From the NCBI GenBank assembly GCA_051294905.1, contig CM119378.1, positions 6,572,001 through 6,636,000 of the forward strand: a stretch of 64,000 nt of DNA, in the 5' to 3' direction. A program made the translations under genes and the position numbers. Numbering within the stretch: position 1 is the stretch's first letter; each line of letters starts with the position of its first letter. The stretch is from Botryllus schlosseri. Its lineage: Eukaryota. Below the pieces are notes generated by a model that was not told the DNA's origin, did no database searches, and saw only the letters and a list, made by a program, of their open reading frames with translations. Of this stretch, positions 38,501 through 47,292 are shown piece by piece.

Positions 38501-41500
38501 TACCGGTAGCTATAATTCTAATTCTAGTCTGATTTGGAAAAACAATGTTTAGCTTTGATTATAATTCCAATCTAATTTGAAAACTGTGTCGCTATAATTC
38601 TAATTCTAGTCTAATTTGGAGAAACATTGTTCAGCTTTTATTCTAATTCTAATCTAATTTGAAAAAATGCGTTGCTATAATTCTAATTCTAGTCTAATTT
38701 GGAAAAACAATGTTTAGCTATGATTATAATTCTAATCTAATTTGAAAAAATGTGTCGCTATAATTCTAATTCTAGTCTAATTTGGAAAGTCATTGTTCAG
38801 CTTTTATTCTAATTCTAATCTAATTTGGAAAAAATGTGTACCTATAATTCTAATTCTAATCTAATTTGAAAAAAAAATGTTTAGCATTTATTGTAATTAT
38901 AATTTAATCCGGAAAAGCTGAAAATTTTCTAGTTATTCGAGTCTGCCCCGATACCCCTTCATTTAAAGTGGACAACGAAAGATTTGATATGTACTCAAAC
39001 AGAAACTTTTAAAAAGTCCATCCGATCTATTGATGGGTGCTTGAAGTGCATTCAATCCGGGCATCGCCCGACTGAAGCGTTTTTAACCAAGTGCGATTTC
39101 TTACTTCACCGTACTAATTCGCTGCCCGCTTTTGCGTTCCAGGGAAGTTTTACCGGTTTCGAATCATCGCGTTCAACAGCAAGGGCTACTCTAAGCCTTC
39201 GCATTCGTCCAAGTCCTTCCCGAGGAGGCAAAAATCTCTGAGCCACCGACCCGAGATACGCGCCGCGATCGCGGAACAGTGGGACACCATCAGAGTGGAA
39301 TGGGAGGTATGGCGAAATAACTTCCACATATCTTTACGCCTGGACAGGATCGAATTTATACGCAGCCCTACATTAGGGCTGTTCAAAAATAACTTTTTTT
39401 CTCGGATTATCCTTGATTAGTGGATAATCCGTGGATTATCAACGAAAAACTCCAATAACTCCGCTTCTACTGGTTGAAATTCACTCAAATTTGTTTTGCA
39501 TCGTCTTTGAAGACAGCTCAACAACTTTATGAGGTTGACAAAAAAATTTGAAATTTTTTTTTCAATTTTTCCTAATAAATTAAAATTTTTAAATACAATT
39601 GCGGGGTCTTATACTTGTTGGAATTGAACCAAATTTGGTGTGCAGCGTTTTTTAGGGTAACCTGACAATTTAATCAGTGAATGGCTGGAATCCGGGAAAA
39701 AAAAAGTTATTTTTGAACAGCCCTACCCTACATGTGCTTACTAACGAGCCCCTATTTTACCAATAGATCAGCCGAGATTTTCAAACTGCTGCCGACAACT
39801 CTGAAAATTTCAATATCAACCAATGCATCGGGGACTGTAACACAAAATTCCGTCCGATACATACGGAATTACGCAAGTGTGGCACAATAAAAACTCCTTC
39901 GTATCAATGCGCCCCGAGTCAGAAATTACTGAAATAACTTTTTTCCAGATTTTTGCGGCTATCAGCTAAAATTGTTAGCTTGGATAAGAAACTCCACATC
40001 GTAATTACGTTGTCTACAATAACGAGGCAAAACAAATTTGACTCAATTCCAACCCGTGGATCCGAAGTTATTTGAGATTTTCGTTTGTAATTCTGGGAAT
40101 ACCCGCTGCCGATGCTATTTTTGTCGAATTCAAAACTTTCAACTGCAATAATTTCGTTTCTAGCGGGTGGAATTCAGCCAAAATTGTTATGCATCGTTTT
40201 TTAGACAACCTAAACAATTTCATGGGGTAGTCAGTGAAATTTGAACATTTTTTTTTCAATATCTTATAATAAATTCAAAATTTTTGAACTCCTGCAGCTT
40301 CACAATCTACCGGTTGGAATTGCGTCAAATTTGGTGTGCAACTTTTTTTGCCTGCTCGACAATTTTAGCTAATAGCCGCAAAAGTCTGAAAATGAGTTAT
40401 TTTCGCACAAGCCTACCGCATGTTTAACGTGAGAGGTGTCTTTCAAAAGCCTAGAACGAGAGGGGGCCCGTTCTATAAGTCGGAAGCTTAGGAATCATGT
40501 TAAGAATATACCCTTAGTTATGATCTTAATAATCGGCCTGGTCAATTGACTATAGATGTCGAGACACCCGTGAATACCAAACAGCAACGACAACTAACGT
40601 ATCTTCAACTATTCTTCTGGAATGTAAAATACGAACTAACTGAAGAATATTCTGTTCAGTACGACATGGCCCCCGCGCATATCAACGGATATTACATCTA
40701 CTACCGGCCGACCGACTCCGACGACGAGGCAGATTACGTGAAAAAGATCTACGACTCCGTGCCGTCTTCTGTATACAAAATCAGAAACCTACAGCCCGGC
40801 ACGCAGTACGATGTCAAAATGCAGGCAAGGCGATACTCCTATTGTGCGCTGAAGTATTATCCAGATTCTACACGAAAAGAGCGTGTTTCTCACGTAAAGG
40901 GTGGCGCATAAAAACATAACCCAACTAAGAATTATATAGCTGTCATAATTCCTACGTGCATGCATAATTTGGATTAAAATGTAGCACTCGATTGTCGATT
41001 TATACCGCGGTATAAGTCTGAGGCAGATTCTGGTTTCTTGTGACACAGGTGTATATTCACACCCATATATCAGGGATTGTACACTGGTCGAAATACACAC
41101 CCTTTTCGCTGAGAATGTAGATATATTGCCGCGATTTTCTACTGAAGTACAGGTATAGGTAAGTATTTCCGAGCTATACGCCCGAACTAGTCCAATTATC
41201 AGTAGAAAATGAAGGGTACAGCTACTCAAGTAGAAATACTCAATGCAAGTACAAATTACTAGCTACTTCATGTAGGATTAGAATAGGAAAGATAGGTCGA
41301 CTAAAGTAGTTATTATGGCTATCTAAAGTACACAAAGTAAACATATCTACAAGTATATATACAAGTACGCTGATCTTGCTTGAGCATTGCTTAAGCCCTC
41401 TTTTCGCCTCGATTATTCGAAATTTCACGCCAGTGACGTCATATTTTGTGATACGACCGTTGACATACAATGTTCGTTTCAATTATCTACTAGCTTCTTG

Positions 41501-43251
41501 GGGGTACAGAACTTCAATATACAATTGAATAGTATATTTATATTGAAATGAACCCGAATATTTCCGGCTGACGCTCGTCAGGGGTAATCGTCATCAACTA
41601 GTCTTATCAACAATCGTATCACAAAATATGACGTCACCAGGATGAAATGTCGTATACGAGAGCGTTCAATGTACTATTTTTAGATGGTACACGAACTCTT
41701 TTTGTTGACACACCCTTGGCTGGTGTATTTTGATAAAAGTCGACTCCAAGGCACACAAATTAAAGTGTGAACGACCCCTTCCGACCTTCTCTACTAGTTG
41801 CTGACGATTACCCCTGGCGAGTGTCAGCCAAGAATATTCGGGTTCACTTCAATATGAATATATCATTCAACTGTATTATTACTTCGTTACTGATTCTAGA
41901 TATTCAATCCGTAACCGATGCGTCTTTTTATGCAGGCATACAATCGGCTGGGTCCATCTCCGTTCTCAAACGTGATCATAACTGAGGTTCCCAAAGGCCC
42001 GTCGCGTTCAGAAGAGGATGAAGACCAACAAGGTAATCCATTATATTCAGTTCTAATGCTTTACCACTGTACGAAAGGGCCAGTTAGTAAATTGATACAA
42101 CATCACAATATCAAGCCTTTAATGACGCGAGTAGGCACAAGATGATTGCTAGCAAACTGACACGCGACATTTGATGTTTCAGACGACTACAGGTCGGACG
42201 TGAACGACCCGGCCCGGGCTCAATCGCACAGACGCAGCATGATCTACCTCATAAGCGGCATTATCGTGGCCGCCATTTTGATGGTGCTTCTTTTCACCGT
42301 GTTCTGTTACTGGAAGAAGCGCGCCGCCAAACAGCGCGAGGCGACGCCGCCGTCCAAGGCGAATCACGGGAATTCAGCAGGGTGGGTTTTACTTCTGTAT
42401 TGGCTTCTAAACCTTACCGTTGAAGTGCTTGGCGTGCATCTGTGTAATACGGAGGTGGTCATTAACGAAGTACCTGTGTTCTAATACATTTGGACGGCTA
42501 TTGTGTAATACGGTTAATACTATGCAATTTCAGGTACAGCGCCGGGAAGCAATGTGACCACATCGGCATGTCCAAACTAAACCCAAGCGGGCACACGCCT
42601 TCACACAAAGCCTGCAGCGCCAACCACTCTCCATCAGACACGAAATGCCACTGTTCTCGCCACCATAGCAACCATTCCAGCCTAGGCCGAGACGCAACAA
42701 GCTACCACTCTTACCCTGTGTCTCCAGTTGGATTCGAATACGTTACACCCAACGGGGGTTATACGGGCATAAACGGAGCGCCAATGCACGTTATCATGGA
42801 CCCGAGACATTACGGGATAGGGAGATGGGTTCGCGGCGGCGAATTCTGCCATATTATCCCGGTCGACGCGCGTAAAATGAGCGCCGACGCGAGCCAGCGC
42901 GAGGTAACGCGCGTCAACGCGAGCGGGCAGATGGTGACGCGCGCGTTCGACGGCAACGTGACCACGGACGCTGTCAGACACGATCACGGTTATCATAGTA
43001 ACGATGATGGCGCGCGTACAGGGTCTGATTCGCAGCTCGAGAAATCGGAAGATGTCTCAAATCAAAGCGACACAGACGCTGGTACTTCGGGTATTACGAC
43101 TATAGTAGAGGCGCCTACGGACAGTAGCTCGCCCACGCCTGAGGAAGGCTTAATTAAAAACGCGGAATCTAAAACAGATGGGCCTTCAGACTGTGAAGGC
43201 AATGTCGAAGTGGAATCGACGCCTTTTTTAATATCGGACGACAAGAGCTGA
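12455..43251 (+). CDS. CDON/BOC: CDON/BOC (Ihog) family Hedgehog co-receptor: signal peptide, 4 Ig, 3 FN3, TM, cytoplasmic tail; 22 coding exons, 3369 nt, ~1122 aa
   Basis: Phase-consistent exon chain: 12455-12536, 17508-17657, 17707-17835, 17902-17992, 18730-18863, 18932-19081, 32680-32823, 32930-33097, 33943-34041, 34393-34539, 34615-34716, 35632-35696, 36177-36296, 36642-36828, 37520-37576, 37645-37760, 37828-37912, 39143-39306, 40660-40824, 41936-42032, 42183-42381, 42534-43251. Diagnostic family motifs: YAILPSGSLLV (Ig2), WSARGNGGSPI (FN3-2), GYYIYYRPTDSD...LQPGTQYDVKMQ...PFSNV (FN3-3), TM IYLISGIIVAAILMVLLFTVFCYW. The 4 Ig + 3 FN3 layout is BOC-like. Confidence 0.92.
15271..16137. mobile_element. 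hAT MITE, 867 bp
   Basis: TIR TAGGGCAAGTTTTTG / CAAAAACTTGCCCCA; perfect 8-bp TSD GTTATGGC (15263-15270, 16138-16145); TGCAAC-rich subterminal repeats. Confidence 0.85.
16140..16191. repeat. 24-bp tandem duplication adjoining the right TSD of the 15271-16137 MITE
   Basis: ATGGCACATCAACTGATGCTGGTC occurs twice. Confidence 0.85.
16912..17312 (+). mobile_element. Decayed LINE 3' end
   Basis: KSFYYIGADA-(frameshift)-NSLPVDLRNLPDHLFKKRYRKYIFHMY* parallels the LINE C-terminus at 46500-46635, followed by a T-rich UTR and a CTAT-like tail. Confidence 0.65.
17508..19081 (+). CDS. CDON/BOC: CDON/BOC exons 2-6: Ig1 (with polybasic insert) and first half of Ig2
   Basis: RVVLNC...VEWYFDG and LEIERL...AGTYHC Ig motifs; AVLPC...INWKIDG; canonical GT-AG junctions. 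Confidence 0.9.
18131..18314. mobile_element. Small hAT MITE with CTAGAACTAC-rich interior
   Basis: TIR CAGACTTGTA / TACAAGTCTG; flanks GACCTGGT / GCCCTGGT (7/8 TSD). Relatives at ~43480-43590 and ~50140-50415. Confidence 0.7.
20436..20848. mobile_element. Charlie-like hAT MITE
   Basis: CAGCGGTTCTCAAC ... GTTGAGAACCATCT; flanks TATTAGAC / TATTAAAC (7/8 TSD). Confidence 0.7.
24475..25090. mobile_element. Foldback hAT-type MITE, copy 2, 616 bp
   Basis: TIR TAGGGCTGTTCAAAAA; palindromic body; TSD TTGTACAT (24467-24474, 25091-25098). Confidence 0.92.
29567..29595. repeat. (GCCT)n microsatellite
   Basis: About 7 tandem GCCT/CTGC units. Confidence 0.9.
29897..30422. mobile_element. Foldback hAT-type MITE, copy 3, 526 bp
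   Basis: Same TIR; TSD CTGGACAG (29889-29896, 30423-30430); partial internal deletion of the right arm. Confidence 0.92.
31745..31960 (+). mobile_element. Possible SINE-like retroposon with (TAAA)n tail
   Basis: TTCGATTCC B-box-like motif near 31797 and an (AAAT)n tail at ~31929-31958; no clear A box or TSD. Confidence 0.3.
32680..34716 (+). CDS. CDON/BOC: CDON/BOC exons 7-11: second half of Ig2, Ig3, Ig4
   Basis: ILPSGSLLV..FRCQAQN; LLMAC..TVWTRD..DDSGVYKC; ITMGC..WRWYHNGE..GFYQC; all junctions are phase 1. Confidence 0.88.
34935..35105. repeat. AGTAGAAGTA-rich dispersed repeat; relatives at ~18470-18645, 28190-28345, 41200-41380, 56040-56175
   Basis: Shared CTCAAGTAGAAGTA and GTAGATTTG(A/G)TCGAGGGT motifs. 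Confidence 0.55.
35632..42032 (+). CDS. CDON/BOC: CDON/BOC exons 12-20: linker and three FN3 domains
   Basis: GLEPSSMYSVEMVAV; PSKPRV..VSLMWSARGNGGSPIKGY..GKFYRFRIIAFN; YYRPTDSD..LQPGTQYDVKMQAYN. Confidence 0.92.
35758..36158. mobile_element. MULE/Foldback-like MITE with inverted arrays of a ~15-bp repeat (CCGAGAATGGACATTA-like), copy 1
   Basis: Perfect 9-bp TSD ATTTCTTTT (35749-35757, 36159-36167); repeat arrays are in opposite orientation at the two ends. Confidence 0.88.
37205..37436. mobile_element. Truncated right arm of the foldback MITE family
   Basis: Shares CAAATTTGGTGTGCAGCGTT and ends TTTTTGAACAACCCTA. Confidence 0.7.
38211..38910. repeat. AT-rich minisatellite, ~16 subunits of ~40-47 bp alternating between two types
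   Basis: Repeated AATTCTAAT(T)CTA(G/A)TCTAATTTGGAAAAA; short version at ~27170-27290. Confidence 0.9.
39374..39725. mobile_element. Foldback hAT-type MITE, copy 4, left arm largely deleted, 352 bp
   Basis: Both TIRs intact; TSD CCCTACAT (39366-39373, 39726-39733). Confidence 0.9.
39925..40415. mobile_element. Diverged palindromic relative of the foldback MITE family
   Basis: Shares CAAATTTGACTCAATTCCAAC and AACAATTTCATGGGG modules; ends are roughly inverted. Confidence 0.6.
41430..41880. repeat. Most complete copy of an unclassified dispersed repeat (core CTAGTTGCTGACGATTACCCCTGACGAGTGTCAGCCGAAAATATTCGGGTTCATTTCAATATG)
   Basis: Other copies at ~2766-2835, 3710-3795, 7975-8110, 12826-12965, 19125-19185, 28741-28925 and 34110-34320. 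Confidence 0.8.
42183..43251 (+). CDS. CDON/BOC: CDON/BOC exons 21-22: transmembrane helix and ~240-aa cytoplasmic tail, stop TGA at 43251
   Basis: Hydrophobic segment followed by WKKR; phase-2 junction GG|gtgggt...ttcag|G; long ORF 42490-43251. Confidence 0.9.
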
Positions 43252-44322
43252 TGATCAGCTGAAGTTTTCAGTGATTAGATAGAACTTTTGACACTTACCA
43301 CTATCAAAATGAAATCGTTATTTTATATACGAAAATTTACTATATAGTACATAATTCCGTTCGCATCACGCTCAGTAGTGATGACTCTGAGCTAGCAATG
43401 GCTACAAGGACATCACACAACCGAACTATGGTGTCACAATTACCGCCAAACGACAATTGTTTTTTGGTTGTCCAGCAATTTTTGATATGCGCAACTGGAA
43501 CGAGTACTAGAACTACTTAATTTTCGAAATCTGCCACTAGAAGTAGAGCTTGAACCATTCGCTAAACCAGTAGTTTGGTTGTAAGTCTGCATGATGACCG
43601 GGTACCGGTAGCGAATACGTGACGAATTCATACCGGTGCCCTGTTTCGCATTGCTATAAAATCCGTTGCATCTGTCGAAGGCCGGTTTTATTATGTTTGC
43701 TGTACGGTATTTGTACACGCGCTTTCGAACCTGCCATGTTGAATATTTTATCCTTTCTGACCTCAGACGCGATATCCGTGCTTTCATATTTTCGTAAACG
43801 ATCGTTTTCTGTTCATATCTCTGCTGCACTGTCATAATTTTTCGTATTTTCAGAGTCTCATTTTTAAAATCAGATAATGAATAATATCTTTGAATTGTTA
43901 TCGCCGTGTTTGTGAGCCGCTACTAGAGAGGTAGTATTTGTTACAGCAGAGGGACAGTGTCAACCTATTAAGTAGACGAGACCGAAAATATTGGCAAGAC
44001 CGCTCGTGTTTCACGGGTTTTCGATATCGGTGGAAGTCATTTTCCAGGAGCGGCATTCTTCGTGCTATCTGCTCTCGTATTAAACCTTTGCAAGTCAGCG
44101 GATGTGCAATTTGTACATTGCCCTCAAGAAAGATTAGGATGCCATATAGACACTAACGATTCTGCGTGATTGGAACCCACATGCCTTAGATGTCGCAGTA
44201 CTATAGGCCGTACCACTACGCTACCGATCACCGCGGAGATTGTGATGACAAAACAGTATTGACATGCTAGGAACTAAGAATCGTCACTAATCTTATTCGA
44301 GCCGTATAAATTCATATTTTTG

Positions 44323-44699
44323 GGTTCTATACCAATACCGAGAAAACCATTACCGAGAATGGACATTACCGAGAATGGGCATTACCGAGAATGAAAATTA
44401 CCGAGAATGAACACCACCGAGAATGGACATTACCGAGAATGGCCAATGTCAAGGATATAGCTTACTGGGACTGATGTTGTCGAGAAATTTATACCTGAGC
44501 ATCGATACTGAATGTGGCAACGCCGTGATGCACACACACGACCTGTTCATATGCATAACATGCCTGCATTGCATATATTGCATTCTCGGTAATGTCCATT
44601 CTCGGTTGTGTCCATTCTCGGTAATGTTCATTCTCTGTGGTGTCCATTCTCTGTTGTGTACATTCTCGGTAATGGTTTTCTCGGTATTGACCGGACACC
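44323..44699. mobile_element. MULE/Foldback-like MITE, copy 2
   Basis: Same ends and internal spacer as copy 1; perfect 9-bp TSD ATATTTTTG (44314-44322, 44700-44708). Confidence 0.88.
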
Positions 44700-44806
44700 A
44701 TATTTTTGCAGGCTTTCGATGTTAATGCGTAAATCGCGGTTACTATACCAGTGGTGTAGCAGCATGTGCTATGACTTTAGTTGAAAATGCCCCCCCCCCC
44801 CTAAGT

Positions 44807-45261
44807 TAGAGTTATCATATTTTGGAAATCTGAAAATAGGACACTTTTCAGACTTGCAATACCGGAAGAAAATCCTAAAAGTATGGTAAATTTTTCCCAC
44901 TTCGTGGTCGGTTGACTAACAAACGGTCAGCTTTCTGGCTCAGCTTTTGGGAGTTCGTCGTCCTTTACAGCTTTAAGAGCTAAGGTGATGGATCGATTTC
45001 AGTGAAAATTGCCATAAGCGAGCATTGAAATACGTGGTCGTGTTTTGGAATCCATCGACTTCGATTTGATATAAATTGGAGTCGTGAGTCCACACTCCAC
45101 ACACATGACGCTAAATAGGAAATTCGTGGTTCGCACGAAAGTGACGACCTTTCACAAAGTCGGGAAAAATTTACCATTTTACGGATTTTACTCCTGTATT
45201 CATAGTTTGAAAATTTTGAAAAAGTGTCATCCTTTCCCGCCTCCAAAATATGGTAACCCTA
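44807..45261. mobile_element. hAT MITE of the TAGGGTTACCATA family
   Basis: Inverted ends TAGAGTTATCATATTTTGGA / TCCAAAATATGGTAACCCTA; homologous to 46807-47201; TSD not recognisable. Confidence 0.7.
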
Positions 45262-45301
45262 CTTATGCATTTTGTTACCTCGTAAAACATCAATAGCCGC
45301 C

Positions 45302-45511
45302 TCAAGACTGAACTTTTCGGCCTTTCGCCGAAGCGAAATCAGCTACAATATCCTCAAAATCAAGTTTTTGAGAAGGAATGGATAAGGTTGATAGCCGATC
45401 ATCATTCATGGTAGAACGTAAATTTGACTTAATCAGTTTGAGCTTTGTGCAGCTCCTGTCACAGCTCGCAATTGTAACATCAATGGCTAGACAAATTTCA
45501 GACACGAACAT
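45302..45511 (-). pseudogene. hAT transposase C-terminal dimerization-domain remnant (ZMYM1-like type)
   Basis: VTIASCDRSCTKLKLIKSNLRSTMNDDRLSTLSI..QKLDFEDIVADFASAKGRKV matches the hAT C-terminal pattern (ERSFSKLKLIK..LRSTM..RL). Confidence 0.85.
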
Positions 45512-45814
45512 AACTAAGGTGTCGAATCAAGTAGGTGCGATTTAACTAACCACTGTAAAACAGCAAACGCTGTTGCATTACGATCAAACGTGGGTTTCAC
45601 TGCCCCGCACCAGCCTCCTAAATCTGTATTTCCGCAGCTAACTCCAATTTAACAATACTGATCATAATCGAAAGCTATTGTTGTCCTGGTTCCGGAAATA
45701 CAATTTAAAAGCTGGTCAGGGCAACGGAACCACCCCGAAATAGCCGTCAAAGTCTGAAAATCGGCATTGTTCCGAATGAAATCCGTCAATACAATTACCA
45801 TTATCATGGTCCTG

Positions 45815-45948
45815 TGTGACTCGGCTCTGAAGACTTTGTTATATCGAGCCTCCCGTCTACCTTGCATGTAGCATTCCACTGTTACATTTTTGTAGTGTGA
45901 TGTTGATATGTAACGTATACGAATAAAGATTCTCCCTCTCTCTCTCAT
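45815..45948 (+). mobile_element. Short LINE 3'-UTR fragment ending AATAAAGATT(CT)n
   Basis: Closely similar to 46765-47292 once the nested MITE is removed. Confidence 0.75.
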
Positions 45949-46489
45949 TGTATTGCGGCGCTCCGATTGTTCGGAACAATCGGCCTTGGCGGCTATTTCG
46001 TAGTCGCTCCATTGCCATGCTCACATTTTAATGTACGTGTTTTCGGAATCAGTGCGACACTAGCTTTCGATTGACACCAGTTTGATTAAATTTTAGCTCT
46101 CGGGACTACCAATTACGCTGCTTTATCCGGCTGTGTGCACTGTTGTGCAGCCTCATTTGCCGCCCCTGGCGCAAACTTGAACCGTGAGATGCCCCATCAT
46201 GCTGTGGCATAAATCTGTCATAAATTTTCTGCGTGGCCGAAGTGGTTACCCGACATATGAGCATTGAGCACGCGACACAATGGATACAGACAGTTCAGCA
46301 TGGGACAATTCAGCACGCGTCACTTCAGCATGTGATTTTAAAACCCAATCGTACCCTAAAATTAACCCTTATATATGTCCTAATCCTGACCCAACCAAAA
46401 CTCCATCCGTAACCCGTAATTTAACCCACATGCTCATGTGTGGCATGCCCATGCCCAATTGGTGCATGCTAACTTGTCTCTGTCTGTGC

Positions 46490-47292
46490 AACACCACTCT
46501 ACCAGTCTAGTACAAAATTCGATCAGTTTTATTGGTGTCAATGTTTGGAACAAGCTGCCACCTAATCTCCGCAATTTAGACTCTTGTGCATTTAAAAAAC
46601 AATGTTTTCATTCCCTTATCTCTAACTACGGCTAAATTGTATTTGCATTGTATTTCGAATTGGTCCATGATACTGTGTCTTATTTTTCTTTTAATCGTTC
46701 GTTATTTTTTTTATTTTGTGTTTATTATTTATTAACTGTGAAAATTGCTCCTGTCCTGGGTGGCTCGGCTCTGAAGACTTTGTCATATCGAGCCTCCCGT
46801 CTACCTCAGGGTTACCATACGTCTTCTTTTAAGAGGATTTGTCCTCTTTTTTGACTTTTTGGAACGTGTCCTCGGAGGACGCCGTTTTGTCCTCATTTTT
46901 GAGATTCTGTCCTCTTTTTTGAAAATTTAGGTCACATTTAGAGCAAAATGCGAGTGATATGCCTAAAATCAGCACAGAAGGGACGCCCCGGCGAGCATTT
47001 CGGAGTGAAAAACGGCGATTTGAGCTCCAGGCGAAAAGTTGACCTTTTTTTTTTTAGTCATCCACCTACCAATGTGGAGAGAAAAACGGTATTTTGAGTC
47101 GGAAAAATTCACCGATTTTTGAGAATTCCTCTCCGGTTTTGCAAGTCTCAAATTTCTGAAAAAGTGTCCTCTTTTTAGATTTCCAAAATATGGTAAGCCT
47201 AGTCTACCTTGCATGTCGCATTTCACTGTTACATTTTTGTAGTGTAATGTTGATGTGTAATGTACACGAATAAAGATTCTCTCTCTCTCTCT
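46490..47292 (+). mobile_element. 5'-truncated LINE (L2/CR1-group-like) 3' end with nested hAT MITE
   Basis: ORF2 C-terminus SISFIGVNVWNKLPPNLRNLDSCAFKK..*, then 3' UTR, AATAAA and (CT)n tail. Confidence 0.8.
46807..47201. mobile_element. hAT MITE, 395 bp, inserted in the LINE 3' UTR
   Basis: TIR CAGGGTTACCATA / TATGGTAAGCCTA; perfect TSD GTCTACCT (46799-46806, 47202-47209); empty site at 45855-45862. Confidence 0.92.

Noticed and set aside
38211-38910. Tandem array considered as a CRISPR or telomeric repeat
   Set aside because: It has no spacers and no G-rich telomere motif; it is an intronic AT-rich minisatellite.
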